The notes: a model not told the origin generated them from the sequence alone. A DNA stretch of 64,000 nt from an uncultured bacterium (GCA_963707865.1 OY970175.1:144748-208747); one strand, 5' to 3'; counted from the first letter of the stretch, positions 26,167 through 36,685 are shown. Translations and numbers: made by a program.

Positions 26167-28053
26167 ATGGCAAAAATTTTGGGAATTGATCTGGGGACGA
26201 CAAACTCTGCGGTGGCGGTGACTGAAGGCGGCGAACCGCGCATCCTGGAGAACACGGAAGGGAACCGCACGACGCCCTCCATCGTTGCGATGTCAAAATC
26301 AAACGAGCGATTGGTGGGGTTGCTCGCGAAGCGGCAATCGGTGACAAATCCGAAGAATACTATTTTTTCGGTGAAGCGGCTGATGGGACGGAAGTTTACC
26401 GACCCCGAGGTGCAGCGGGATAAGGCGTGGCTTCCGTACGATATCCAGGCGAGTGCGACCGGCGGTGTGGAAGTGAAAATGGGCGACAAGTGGTATTCGC
26501 CGGAAGAGATCTCTGCGTTTATCCTTGGCAAATTGAAGGCCGACGCGGAAGCGAAGCTTGGCGAGAAGGTAGAAGAGGCTGTGATCACGGTGCCGGCGTA
26601 TTTTGACGACTCGCAGCGGCAAGCCACGAAGAATGCCGGCGAGATCGCAGGCCTCAAGGTGCGCCGCATCATCAACGAGCCGACGGCAGCCGCACTTGCG
26701 TACGGTTTGAACAAGCAGAAAAGCGAAAAGATCGTCGTCTACGACTTCGGCGGCGGGACGTTTGATATTTCCGTGCTTGAGGTGGGCGACGACGTCGTGG
26801 AAGCGAAAGCGACCGGTGGTGACACGCACTTGGGCGGCGACGATTTTGATAAAGAGATCCAGGAATACCTCGTTGCGGAGTATAAAAAGCAGCAGGGGAT
26901 TGATATTTCAAAGGACCCGCTTGCACTCCAGCGCCTGAAGGAGGCGGCTGAAAAAGCGAAACACGAACTTTCAACGGCGGTGGAAACCGAGATCAATCTG
27001 CCGTATATCAGCTCCGATGCGAACGGCCCGAAGCACTTCCTGATGAAACTTTCGCGCGCGAAACTGGAATCGCTCGTGCAGAAATACATTGACCGGTCCA
27101 TTCAGTTGACAAATGAGACTGTCACATCGCCCGCGCCGAAGGGTGCCGGGTTCAAAATGGAGGACATCAACGAAGTGATTTTGGTGGGCGGGCAGACGCG
27201 GATGCCCGCGATGCAAGAAGCCGTCAAAAAACTATTTGGAAAGGATCCGCACCAGGGCATCAACCCCGACGAAGTGGTGGCGGCCGGCGCCGCGGTGCAG
27301 GCTGGTATCCTGCAGGGCGATGTGAAGGACATCCTGCTTCTTGACGTGACACCGCTTACGCTTGCGATTGAGACCTATGGATCGGTCGCGACACCCATGA
27401 TCCAAAAGAACACGACGGTGCCGACCGCGAAGACGCAGATTTTTAGCACAGCCGGGGACAATCAGACGTCCGTGGAAGTGCATGTGGTCCAGGGAGAACG
27501 CCCGATGGCGGGGGACAACAAAACACTCGCGCGCTTCATGCTGGACGGCATCCCCCCTTCGCCGCGCGGCATGCCGCAGATAGAAGTGATATTTGACATT
27601 GACGCGAATGGGATCCTGAATGTTTCTGCGAAGGACAAAGCGACCAGTAAGACACAGTCGGTGAAAATCCAGGCATCAACAAACCTCTCCAAGGACGAAA
27701 TTGAAAAATTAAAAAAGGAAGCTGCCGAGCATGCGGTGGAGGACGCGAAGAAGAAAGAACTGATAGAGGCGCGTAACCAGGCCGAGGCGCTTATTTACAC
27801 AACGGAGAAGGCTATAAAGGATGCCGGGGAAAAATTGCCGGCCGACGTGAAGGCCAGCGTGACCGAGAAGCTTGAGGCGCTAAAAAAGGCGAAGGACATG
27901 GAAGATATCGCGGCGATCCAGTCGGCCACTGCATCGCTTTCGGCCGAGATTCAAAAAATCGGCCAGGCGTTCTATAATAAGAATGATGGAAATCAATCCG
28001 GCGACGCTCACGGGACCGAGAACCCAGAGCCAAAACCTGATCAATCCCACTAA
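26167..28053 (+). CDS. dnaK: Chaperone DnaK (Hsp70)
   Basis: [22 protein letters not shown] and [11 protein letters not shown] signatures. 628 aa. Confidence 0.95.
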   Translation: MAKILGIDLGTTNSAVAVTEGGEPRILENTEGNRTTPSIVAMSKSNERLVGLLAKRQSVTNPKNTIFSVKRLMGRKFTDPEVQRDKAWLPYDIQASATGGVEVKMGDKWYSPEEISAFILGKLKADAEAKLGEKVEEAVITVPAYFDDSQRQATKNAGEIAGLKVRRIINEPTAAALAYGLNKQKSEKIVVYDFGGGTFDISVLEVGDDVVEAKATGGDTHLGGDDFDKEIQEYLVAEYKKQQGIDISKDPLALQRLKEAAEKAKHELSTAVETEINLPYISSDANGPKHFLMKLSRAKLESLVQKYIDRSIQLTNETVTSPAPKGAGFKMEDINEVILVGGQTRMPAMQEAVKKLFGKDPHQGINPDEVVAAGAAVQAGILQGDVKDILLLDVTPLTLAIETYGSVATPMIQKNTTVPTAKTQIFSTAGDNQTSVEVHVVQGERPMAGDNKTLARFMLDGIPPSPRGMPQIEVIFDIDANGILNVSAKDKATSKTQSVKIQASTNLSKDEIEKLKKEAAEHAVEDAKKKELIEARNQAEALIYTTEKAIKDAGEKLPADVKASVTEKLEALKKAKDMEDIAAIQSATASLSAEIQKIGQAFYNKNDGNQSGDAHGTENPEPKPDQSH

Positions 28054-29014
28054 GAGATTACCCTCTGCGGGGACGGAAGGGTTTTGGAGGTCCCTCATAA
28101 TTGATCTTTTGAGCGTCGCCTCCGCGCTCTGTTTCGGCTGGTTCTATTTCCACTATCTCTCTGTCGCTTCCTCGCCGTGGTATCTCTTCGCCGCGTTTCT
28201 CCTTTTCTCCGCGTGTTCCACGTCGCAGGTTTTTCTTGCGAAAAAGCTTGGGCGGCGAACACTCGTTATCTTGGGCGAATCGGTGGCGCTCGTCGCGTGC
28301 TTTTTGTTTTATGATAGCTGGTTGATTGCTGGCATCGCGGGACTCGTTGCGTTCGCGGTGCTCCTCTGGGGATGTCTCACGAGCCGTTCGGCGCTGCGCG
28401 GCAGTATTGAGATCCAATTCTTTAGGATAGCGCGAAGTGTGTTAGGGAAGGTAGTGACAGCCCTCGTTTTGGTCATGATTCTTGTGTATGTGCCGCAGGC
28501 AGAGAGTCAGGGGCAGCCGGTATTCGTGGCGCGCGGGGATTTTCATGTATTCTTTGATTGGGCCGAGGGCGTGGTGAATGGTTTCTATCCCAACGTTCCG
28601 CTCGCGGGTTCCTTCGGGGCGTTTGCGGAGAACATTGCAAGGACAGAGCTTGAGAAAAATCCGGCGTTCGGATCGCTAAGCCAATCGGAGCAGGATGGGG
28701 CGGTCGCGCAGGCAGCGGCGCAATTGACGGGGAGCGTGACGCAGATAACCAAGGTGGCGCCGGCGCCCGGCGAAACGGTGAGTGACGTAGCGTATGACTA
28801 CCTTGTCGCCACTCTCGTCGCGTTGCGGGACCATTTTCAAACTCAATTCATTGTGGTTTGGGCAATCATGTTGTTTTGCATTCTCCGCATGATCGGCATT
28901 GCATTCGTTTGGGTCGCTGAGTTTGCATCGCTTATCGTCTACGAAATCTTGCTCGCAACCGGATTCATGCATATAGATAAGATTACGCAGACCCAAGAGG
29001 TCATTGTGTATTAA
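27983..29014 (+). CDS. Hypothetical multi-pass membrane protein between dnaK and dnaJ
   Basis: 343-aa ORF with at least 6 hydrophobic helices. The start is uncertain: the ORF overlaps the dnaK 3' end by 70 nt. Confidence 0.5.
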   Translation: MMEINPATLTGPRTQSQNLINPTKRLPSAGTEGFWRSLIIDLLSVASALCFGWFYFHYLSVASSPWYLFAAFLLFSACSTSQVFLAKKLGRRTLVILGESVALVACFLFYDSWLIAGIAGLVAFAVLLWGCLTSRSALRGSIEIQFFRIARSVLGKVVTALVLVMILVYVPQAESQGQPVFVARGDFHVFFDWAEGVVNGFYPNVPLAGSFGAFAENIARTELEKNPAFGSLSQSEQDGAVAQAAAQLTGSVTQITKVAPAPGETVSDVAYDYLVATLVALRDHFQTQFIVVWAIMLFCILRMIGIAFVWVAEFASLIVYEILLATGFMHIDKITQTQEVIVY

Positions 29015-29058
29015 TATTAATGGATTTTTAATGTCCGTGTAGTATCATAGAAAGTACT

Positions 29059-30174
29059 ATGAAAGATTATTATCATATTTTGGGGATTGCGAAGAATGCT
29101 TCCGACGAGGAGGTGAAAAAAGCGTACCGCAAGCTCGCGCACCAGTACCACCCGGACAAGCCGGGCGGCGACGAAAGCAAATTCAAGGAGATCAATGAAG
29201 CGTACCAGATACTCTCGGACGGGACGAAGCGAGCCCAGTATGACCGTTTCGGCACTGCGGAGCCGGCGGGCGCGGGATTTGGCGGCGTCCAATGGGGCGG
29301 TTTTCCGGGAGGAACTCCCAATTGGGAAGGGTTCGGTTTTGATCCGCAGAACTTTGGCGACATGGGGGACCTTAACGATATTTTTGAGAGCTTTTTTGAG
29401 GGGATAGGCGTGCGTCCTGCGCGGAAAACGTACGAGCGGGGCTCGGACCTTGAACTACACGAGGAAATCACGCTTGAGGAAGCGTTTCGCGGCGTGACGA
29501 AGGCCCTGCACCTGCGTACGCTTGTGCAATGCGCGAAGTGCGGCGGCAAGGGCGCCGAGGCAGGGAGCGGCTTTGAAAAATGTTCCACCTGTGATGGGCG
29601 CGGCGAGATCCGCGAACAGCGCAGGACGTTTTTCGGCAGTTTCTCGCAGGTGAAGACCTGCGCGAAATGCCACGGCACGGGTGAAGTTCCAAAGAAAGCA
29701 TGCGGTGCATGTAAGGGAGCTGGCCGGGTTGAGGCCGCGCGCGAGGTGAGTGTAGAACTTTTACCGGGCATTGAGGATAACCAATTGATCAAGGTTAAGG
29801 GGATGGGCGAAGCAGGCGAGCGCGGTACGGCGGCGGGCGACCTTTATGTCCGCGTGCGCGTAAAACCGCATCACCTTTTTGAAAGGCACGGGAACGATCT
29901 CGTTGTCTCGCAGGAATTGAACGTTGTTCATCTTCTCCTCGGTAAGAAAATTGAGGTGCCGACCATCTCGGGCGGGAAGATCACCGTGGAGATTCCCGCG
30001 CATTTCAACCTGAAAGAGAACTTGCGGATCCCGGGCGAAGGCATGCCGCGTTTCGGCGCCTCGTCTTCCTTCGGCGGCCGCGGCGATCTCTTTGTAAACT
30101 TCATCATCAAAGCTCCGAAGAAATTGGGCGCGAAGGCGAAGAAATTACTGGAAGACTTGGAGGGAGAAGAGTAA
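29059..30174 (+). CDS. dnaJ: Chaperone DnaJ
   Basis: J-domain with HPD (AHQYHPDKP), a Gly/Phe region, and four CxxCxGxG zinc repeats. Confidence 0.9.
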   Translation: MKDYYHILGIAKNASDEEVKKAYRKLAHQYHPDKPGGDESKFKEINEAYQILSDGTKRAQYDRFGTAEPAGAGFGGVQWGGFPGGTPNWEGFGFDPQNFGDMGDLNDIFESFFEGIGVRPARKTYERGSDLELHEEITLEEAFRGVTKALHLRTLVQCAKCGGKGAEAGSGFEKCSTCDGRGEIREQRRTFFGSFSQVKTCAKCHGTGEVPKKACGACKGAGRVEAAREVSVELLPGIEDNQLIKVKGMGEAGERGTAAGDLYVRVRVKPHHLFERHGNDLVVSQELNVVHLLLGKKIEVPTISGGKITVEIPAHFNLKENLRIPGEGMPRFGASSSFGGRGDLFVNFIIKAPKKLGAKAKKLLEDLEGEE

Positions 30175-30207
30175 TCAGGGGTTTCTACTGCCGGTGTTTG
30201 CTCCGAG

Positions 30208-30759
30208 CTATCTGATAAAAAAGAGAGCGCATACGGCAGCGAGGAAAACAAGTAACTCGACGATCGCATATGAATGGCATCTGAGGTAGATGTTCCGTAT
30301 CCAATCCTTATCTCCATATTGCATTGAGAGTCTGCGAACCTCTTCGGGACTCCAGGAATAAAATACTTTTTGCGGTAACCCGTTTTTGGATGTGTCGTAG
30401 TGATAGAAAAATGCATAGTGATTTTTGGAAAATGGATATAACCACTGAATGCCCCACCCTATGCCGATTGAGTCGTGCACGAAATGAAGGAGCGTTGTTA
30501 TGCCGAACAAGAGCGCGTAGGGCAAATCAAAAAAAGAAATAATGATCATTCCAAACAGGATGAAGGGGAGGGGATAATGAAGAAGATACCTGTGTTCGTG
30601 AGCGAGCACGGTCCCTCGTTTTCGAACGGCAAAAAGGAAATCGATATCAGGCAAAAGAGAAAATAAAATTCCCGCTCCAATGAGAACGGGGCCGCCGATT
30701 CCGAAAAGGCGGCGTACAAAAAGCGCAGAGAGAATCCCAATTCCAACATCAAGCAACAT
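30208..30759 (-). CDS. Membrane-bound metal-dependent hydrolase-like protein (YdjM/DUF457-like)
   Basis: Polytopic 183-aa protein with conserved His residues in a DUF457-like arrangement. Confidence 0.55.
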   Translation of the reverse strand: MLLDVGIGILSALFVRRLFGIGGPVLIGAGILFSLLPDIDFLFAVRKRGTVLAHEHRYLLHYPLPFILFGMIIISFFDLPYALLFGITTLLHFVHDSIGIGWGIQWLYPFSKNHYAFFYHYDTSKNGLPQKVFYSWSPEEVRRLSMQYGDKDWIRNIYLRCHSYAIVELLVFLAAVCALFFIR

Positions 30760-30796
30760 AATCCTATTATAGCTTGAGAGGGATGATGTCCATTTG

Positions 30797-31060
30797 TGCC
30801 CCCGTGAGGATTCGAACCTGCGACCATCTCCTTACCATCGGCAGCGAATTGAAAATAAAAGCGTAGCCATTTTGTGTGGGGCATAGTGCCCCCACCAGGA
30901 TTCGAACCTGGGACCATCTCCTTAAAAGGGAGCTGCTCTGCCAACTGAGCTATAGGGGCACTCTGCCCAAAATAGCTACACTTTTATTTTCAATGAGCGA
31001 ACCAATGGGCGAATTCTTATTCGCAAAGGGAGTCAGCTCTCATAACTGAGCTATAGGGGT
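30797..31060 (-). pseudogene. Split, degenerate tRNA-Lys-like gene. Its 5' half (31060-31025) and 3' half (30834-30797) are separated by ~190 nt that contains the intact tRNA-Lys flanked by a 27-bp inverted repeat (30848-30874 vs 30968-30994)
   Basis: 5' half ACCCCTATAGCTCAGTTATGAGAGCTGACTCCCTTT and 3' half TAAGGAGATGGTCGCAGGTTCGAATCCTCACGGGGGCA are near-copies of the inner tRNA-Lys, but with A-C mismatches in the acceptor stem and a 3-bp T-stem. On the minus-strand RNA the flanking repeats pair as 27 bp, and both mismatches become G-U. Confidence 0.45.
30886..30958 (-). tRNA. tRNA-Lys (anticodon UUU), no encoded CCA
   Basis: Minus-strand sequence GCCCCTA-TA-GCTC-AGTTGGCA-GAGC-A-GCTCC-CTTTTAA-GGAGA-TGGTC-CCAGG-TTCGAAT-CCTGG-TGGGGGC-A. 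The acceptor stem is 7 bp including one G-U, the T-arm is canonical, and the anticodon loop is CUUUUAA. Confidence 0.85.
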
Positions 31061-31121
31061 ATTTCGTTGTTATTGTACGGGAAATGTGGGATAGTTTCAA
31101 CTTGTGATAGAATAACAGGAA

Positions 31122-31496
31122 ATGGACAACGTACCGGTTCCGTCACTTCCTATCTGTCCCACGTGCCATCAGTCGGTGCAGCCGGAGTTTTATTTTTGTC
31201 CGAACTGCGGAGGGGCGCTCAAAGAGAAACCACTTTCCACGACGCAGGCAACGCAGGCGTGGATTTATGCGTTGAGCATTGTTATGCCGTGGATCGCGTT
31301 CTTGGCGTTACATTATTGGCCGGGAGTCAAATATATCAGATCCGATGATGAAAACGCGAAACAGATCGGCATCATCGCTTCCGTGCTTATGGGAATCTCC
31401 ACGATTGTCATGATATGGCTTTTGATCGTATGGACACAGCAATTAGTCCAGTCATCGGTGAACGATATCGGGAATCTCGGAGGCTTGGGCGGATAG
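31122..31496 (+). CDS. Hypothetical zinc-ribbon (CxxC...CxxC) membrane protein
   Basis: N-terminal CPTCHQ...CPNCGG followed by two TM helices. 124 aa. Confidence 0.5.
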   Translation: MDNVPVPSLPICPTCHQSVQPEFYFCPNCGGALKEKPLSTTQATQAWIYALSIVMPWIAFLALHYWPGVKYIRSDDENAKQIGIIASVLMGISTIVMIWLLIVWTQQLVQSSVNDIGNLGGLGG

Positions 31497-31505
31497 TAAC
31501 AGAGC

Positions 31506-32156
31506 ATGAGATGGATCGTTGGCATAGATGAGGTTGGCCGCGGAGCGCTTGCGGGACCGGTCGTGGTCGCTGCCGCAGCGGTGCCCGCCGGATTTAAACC
31601 GTACAATCGCACACTCGGCACGTTAAAAGATTCCAAGAAATTGAGCGCGAAGAAACGCGAAGCGTGGTGCGCGTATTGGAACGAACATCAGATCGTAGAA
31701 TTTGCCTTAGCGCGGGTGTATCCGCGCCAGATAGAGAAACGAAATATATCAAATGCCGCCAATCTTGCTGCAGAACGTGCATTCGTGAAGCTGATGAAGG
31801 GAAAGCAGCTGCGAAGAAGCAAGCAGCAGCATGACGGCAAAAGTGGCCGCGCGCACAAGTGGCCGCACATTTTCCTTGACGGCGGCCTTTTTTTGGGCAA
31901 GGGCGAGCAGCCGAAGGGTGCAAAGACAATCGTGAAGGGCGACGAAAAGATAAACGCCGTAAAGATTGCCTCGGTTGTGGCGAAGGTTCATCGCGACCGC
32001 CTGATGCGGCGCCTTTCGAAACGGTATCCCGCATACGGTTTTGAAAGCCACAAAGGATATGGGACGAAAGCGCATCGAAACGCGATCCAAACGCACGGTC
32101 CCTGTCCCGCGCACCGTTTGACGTTCGTCACAAAATCATTTATCATGGACGCATAG
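31506..32156 (+). CDS. rnhB: Ribonuclease HII
   Basis: GIDEVGRGALAGPVVVAA N-terminal catalytic motif. Confidence 0.9.
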   Translation: MRWIVGIDEVGRGALAGPVVVAAAAVPAGFKPYNRTLGTLKDSKKLSAKKREAWCAYWNEHQIVEFALARVYPRQIEKRNISNAANLAAERAFVKLMKGKQLRRSKQQHDGKSGRAHKWPHIFLDGGLFLGKGEQPKGAKTIVKGDEKINAVKIASVVAKVHRDRLMRRLSKRYPAYGFESHKGYGTKAHRNAIQTHGPCPAHRLTFVTKSFIMDA

Positions 32157-32171
32157 ACACACGGCAAGGCA

Positions 32172-32324
32172 ATGGGAGGCGTACCAGTCAAACATCACTC
32201 AAAAGGGAAAGTGGGTCGGCGGCGGTCGCATTTGGCGATGAAAAAGCAGCGCCTGTTTGTCTGTAAAAATTGCGGCGCGCCGAAATTGGCGCACCGCGCC
32301 TGCGCGCAATGCGGAGCAAAATGA
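32172..32324 (+). CDS. rpmF: 50S ribosomal protein L32
   Basis: 50-aa ORF MGGVPVKHHSKGKVGRRRSHLAMKKQRLFVCKNCGAPKLAHRACAQCGAK, matching the L32 pattern (basic N-terminus, CxxC...CxxC). Below the ORF-track length cutoff. Confidence 0.8.
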   Translation: MGGVPVKHHSKGKVGRRRSHLAMKKQRLFVCKNCGAPKLAHRACAQCGAK

Positions 32325-32365
32325 AGGCGCGCGGATAGCGGGGCGGTCAGTTCTTTAGAAACACA

Positions 32366-32824
32366 ATGGCAACCAGACACTTAATTCGGACCGTGATTCT
32401 CCAGACCCTCTATGAGTGGGATTTTTACAGCCACAAAAAGGACGTGACGGAGATTTTGGAGCGGAACCTCGCCGAATTCGCCCCCGGCATTGATGAACCG
32501 GAGTTCGCGTGGAAAATTTTGAAGGGCGTCGTGGAGCACATAAAGAACATTGACAGTGTGATCACGAAAGCCGCTCCCGAGTGGCCATTGGATAGGATCG
32601 CCATCATTGACCGCAACATCCTGCGTATCGGCCTCTATGAGCTTTTGTATGCTGATCCCGAAGAAGTGCCGCCAAAGGTGGCCATCAACGAATCGATTGA
32701 GCTTGCGAAGAACTACGGTGGGCCGAACGCAGCGCGGTTCGTGAACGGCGTTTTGGGAACGATCTACCGCGAAGTGGGGGAGCGAAAGGCGGTGGACGTA
32801 GAACGTTCCACGCAAAAAAAATGA
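32366..32824 (+). CDS. nusB: Transcription antitermination factor NusB
   Basis: ILQTLYEWDF ... ILRIGLYELLY blocks. 152 aa. Confidence 0.85.
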   Translation: MATRHLIRTVILQTLYEWDFYSHKKDVTEILERNLAEFAPGIDEPEFAWKILKGVVEHIKNIDSVITKAAPEWPLDRIAIIDRNILRIGLYELLYADPEEVPPKVAINESIELAKNYGGPNAARFVNGVLGTIYREVGERKAVDVERSTQKK

Positions 32825-33510
32825 TGGATACTGCATCCTTACAGAAAAAACTCGGAATTTCATTCAAGAACGAAGACCTGTTGACCGAAGCGCTGACTCA
32901 CCGTTCGTACTTGAATGAGTTCCCGAGATGGCGGTTGCCGCACAACGAGCGCCTGGAATATCTTGGCGACGCGGTTTTGGAGTTGCTCGTTTCGGAAGAG
33001 CTTTTCGCAAAATTTCCTGATTATCCCGAAGGGAAGTTGACCGTGCTCCGTGCGGCGCTCGTGAACTATCAGATTTTGGCGCGCATCGCGGAGTCCATCG
33101 ACTTGGATGATTTCATTTTGATGTCGCGCGGTGAACGGAGGGACACTGGCAAGGCGCGCGAGGTCATTCTCGCGAATGCAATTGAGGCCGTGATTGGCGC
33201 GATGTACTTGGACCAGGGGATCGAGAAAGTCCTCGCGTTCGTGAAAAAAAACATTATGAGCAATTTAGAGGATGTGATGAAGACGAAAAGCTACCGGGAC
33301 GCGAAGAGCGAACTGCAGGAAATAGTGCAGGAGAAATTGCGCGTTACGCCGACCTATCGCGTGATAGAAGAGGCAGGCCCCGCGCACAAGCGCGTGTTCA
33401 AAATGGGAGTGTATTTTGGCGAAAAATTCGTGGCTGATGGAGAGGGAGCATCCAAACAGGAAGCCGAGCTTGCGGCGGCGAAGAACGCGCTTAAAAAACG
33501 CCTCCTGTAA
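32821..33510 (+). CDS. rnc: Ribonuclease III
   Basis: RNase III signature ERLEYLGDAVLEL and a C-terminal dsRBD. 229 aa. Confidence 0.9.
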   Translation: MMDTASLQKKLGISFKNEDLLTEALTHRSYLNEFPRWRLPHNERLEYLGDAVLELLVSEELFAKFPDYPEGKLTVLRAALVNYQILARIAESIDLDDFILMSRGERRDTGKAREVILANAIEAVIGAMYLDQGIEKVLAFVKKNIMSNLEDVMKTKSYRDAKSELQEIVQEKLRVTPTYRVIEEAGPAHKRVFKMGVYFGEKFVADGEGASKQEAELAAAKNALKKRLL

Positions 33511-33515
33511 CGCAA

Positions 33516-35758
33516 TGGCGCATTTTTTGAAACGGCTTGAATTAAACGGGTTCAAATCCTTCGCAGGGAAGACGGTTTTGGAATTTCCGGCGGGGATCGT
33601 TGCGATCGTGGGGCCGAACGGGTCAGGGAAATCGAATCTAGTCGATGCCCTGCGATGGCTCCTTGGGGAACGCGATGCGAAAAACCTGCGCGGCGGTAAA
33701 GTGGAAGACCTTATTTTCGCCGGAACCCAAAGGCGTCCGCGCGTCGGGATGGCGAACGCCAGTTTGCACTTTGAGAACCGGAACAAGTTTTTCCCGGTGG
33801 ATTTTGAGGAGGTTATGATCACGCGGCAGGTTTCGCGCGGCGGCGACAGCAAGTATTTTTTGAACAAGGCGGAAGTGCTTCTCCGCGACCTTGTTGATTT
33901 CTTTGCAAAGGCGCGCATGGGCTCGCGCGGGCTCATCATTATAGGCCAAGGCGACAGCGATCTTTTTGTCCGCTCAACGCCCATGGAACGTCGCGAGATG
34001 ATAGAGGAACTTTTGGGCCTCCGCGAATATCAGCTTAAAAAGGCGGATGCGGAGCGGCGACTGAAGAACAGCCGGATAAATTTGGATAAAACGAAAGCGC
34101 TGGTTGAGGAAATCCTACCGCACTTGCGGTCACTGAAGCGGCAGACAAATCGTTGGGAAAGACGCGGCGCGCTTGAAGAGGAATTGCGCGGGCTTGAGGC
34201 GGTTTTTTTTGGCTTCCAATTGAAGGAACTTGCGCGGCAGGGCAGGGAAGTGGAAGAAAAGATTGCGGTAAGTAAGAAGCAGTGGGAGGTTTTGGACCGC
34301 GCGCGGCGCGGGGCGGAAGCGCGGCAGGCGGAGATTGAAGCAAGCCAGCCGGCGGAGCAGAAGAGTCTTGCGGCGATACGCGCCGAGATCGGGTCGTTGG
34401 GAGAGAGACGGAGTGCTTTGCAGAAAGATCTCGGGCGCCTGGAGGCGCAGATTGAGCTTGCAGGATCGGGAAAAGCTAGCGTGAAGGGCAGCAGTCCCAC
34501 CACAGAGCGCCTTTTGAGTCTGGTTCGCATGGTGAAGGAGGAACTGGAACGCGCGCTTGAGGAAGATGCGCTTGAACTGCATGCGACGGCGGAAAATATC
34601 CTGGAGGAAATTAGGGACGTCCTTGTAGAGAAAGAAAAAGAAGACGGAAAATCGGAAGACGCGGAGGGTGGGCTTAAAGCGCAATTTGAGAAAATTTCCC
34701 GCGACCTCGCTCACATGGAGAAAGAAATTCTTGCGCTCCGTGAAAAAGAAAAATCCTTTGAGCAAAATCAGGAAAGCTTTTACAATATTTTCAAGGCCGC
34801 GGTTGCGGGTGTGCAGGCGGCGAAGGACCGGATAGGAGAGTGGGAAAACGAACATCGGGAGCACGTGCTCCAGAAAGAGCGGGTGGATTTGCGGCGCGGC
34901 GAGGTATTACACCAAATTGAGCAGGCAGGGCGGCGCGCGGAGGAATTCGCGCACGCAGAGGTTCCGGAAGCAATACATGAGGGCGATCTTCATACAATGG
35001 AGCAGCGGATTTTCCGACTACGTGGCGATCTCGCATCCATCGGTGAAATTGATCAAGCACTGATGAAAGAAGCGCGCGACACCGAAGCGCGGTATGCCTT
35101 CCTCACGAAGGAATCCGAGGATCTTCTAAAAGCAGTTGCAGACCTCATGCACCTCATGCAGGAATTAAGCGAAAAGATAAAAACGGAATTTGATAAATCG
35201 CTCGCGAAGATCAACGAGGAATTCGGCAAATTCTTCGCGCTTATGTTCGGTGGCGGCATGGCAAAACTGAAGGTGGAAAAGCCCAGGTTGGCGAAAGTTG
35301 AGGAAGGCAACGCGGAGGAGAGCGATGCGGGCGAAGGAACGACGCGTGACGAAGGAGAGAAGGCCGAGGAGGAAACGGCGATAGAAAAAGACGGCGGCGT
35401 GGAGATCGACATCCGTCTGCCGCGGAAAAAGGTTACGACGCTTGACATGCTCTCGGGTGGCGAGCGGAGCTTGGTCGGCATCGCCGCGCTTTTCGCGATG
35501 GTGGCCGTAAGTCCGCCGCCGTTTCTTGTATTGGACGAGGTTGACGCGCCGCTTGACGAGCGCAATGCCCGCCGCTTCGGCGATATGCTCAAGGACTTTT
35601 CAAAGCGGACGCAATTTATCATCGTGACCCACAACCGCGCGACGATGGAGGTGGCAGACATCCTCTATGGCGTGACGCTCGGCGAGGACGGGACGTCAAA
35701 GATCGTTTCCCTGAAGTTGGAACCGGCAACGGCTCACGCCGCTGCCAGTTCCTCTTAA
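33516..35758 (+). CDS. smc: SMC-family chromosome segregation ATPase, short form (747 aa); no recognisable hinge
   Basis: N-terminus FLKRLELNGFKSFAGKTVLEFPAGIVAIVGPNGSGKSNLVDALRWLLGERDAKNLRG matches the SMC head. C-terminus has the signature LSGGERSLVGIAALFAMV plus Walker B LVLDEVDAPLD. About 450 aa of coiled coil between them. Conserved rnc-smc gene order. The ORF-track start at 33416 is an upstream extension into rnc. Confidence 0.8.
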
Positions 35759-35788
35759 AATCTCAGGTGGTCGTGTTAACATTATCTC

Positions 35789-36685
35789 GTGAGCCCGCGC
35801 CTCTTTTTCCTTTTTCACGTTCATTCGGAAAGATCCCATGATAGCTCGACCACAATTCGCGAGTATGTGGCATATTTGGAAAAAACCCTGAAGGAAAAAG
35901 AATATGCGGTTTTGGGCATATCGGACCATAACGTAATTCCATTATTGGTAAGCCAAGCGATAAGTTTTTCTACCAAAAAGGTGCTGGTCATCCCGGGCAT
36001 CCAATGGAAAATCAAAAAGAGGGTAGCCGACGCCATCCTAAAGCTAGTTGCGAGAAGAGAGTTGCTGACTTTCGGCAATCATGATGACCTGAGGGGTTAC
36101 ATCGGGAAGCTTCATTACCGAATTCTGCCTAACGAAGAGATCTTCGCTAATCTTACCGAAGAAGAGTTTTTAAAGTACGTCGCGCACAAACGGGAAATGA
36201 TGATCATCGTCCCGCACCCGAAGCATTTCGCCGTCGATTACTATGGAAAGAAACAAATCAAACATCTAAAGGGAGAGTTGGATGAGCGCAACGTCCGCCT
36301 CCCATTTTTGATAGAGGACAAGACCGGATATGATCCCTTCCCGAGAATCCTTTATGCATACAAAGGGAAATATCTAACCATTGGCGATCCGGATGCACAT
36401 GAAATATTCAGCATATTGGGGACGAGATCTCTCTTCTCCGCAGAAACGTTTATCAACGTCCCCGAGAACGAAAGAGTAATTAATCTATGGCGAAAGACTC
36501 TGTGCACAAATAGCCACGAGTACTATCAAGAAACCATTTTAGCGATATTTAAGCTATTAACCGAGCACAATGAGAACATCTATGTTAAAAAACACTATCT
36601 TAGGGCATGGCTCCAGTTCTTTCATTCCGTACCGATGTTCGTCAAGAGAAGATTCAGCAACTTTCCCTATAATTTCCTGAAATGA
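35789..36685 (+). CDS. PHP-domain (polymerase/histidinol-phosphatase-like) metal-dependent phosphoesterase, AT-rich gene
   Basis: FHVHSERSHDS ... LGISDHN His/Asp metal-ligand pattern of the PHP fold. GTG start. Visibly lower GC than the flanks. Confidence 0.55.
   Translation: MSPRLFFLFHVHSERSHDSSTTIREYVAYLEKTLKEKEYAVLGISDHNVIPLLVSQAISFSTKKVLVIPGIQWKIKKRVADAILKLVARRELLTFGNHDDLRGYIGKLHYRILPNEEIFANLTEEEFLKYVAHKREMMIIVPHPKHFAVDYYGKKQIKHLKGELDERNVRLPFLIEDKTGYDPFPRILYAYKGKYLTIGDPDAHEIFSILGTRSLFSAETFINVPENERVINLWRKTLCTNSHEYYQETILAIFKLLTEHNENIYVKKHYLRAWLQFFHSVPMFVKRRFSNFPYNFLK

Noticed and set aside
26154-27692. Multiple minus-strand ORFs within dnaK
   Set aside because: Antisense to dnaK. No motifs.
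33265-35661. Several long minus-strand ORFs (33265-33984, 34130-34864, 35053-35661)
   Set aside because: All are antisense to the SMC gene, which has unmistakable head motifs. Their products are Arg/Ser/Pro-rich and low-complexity.
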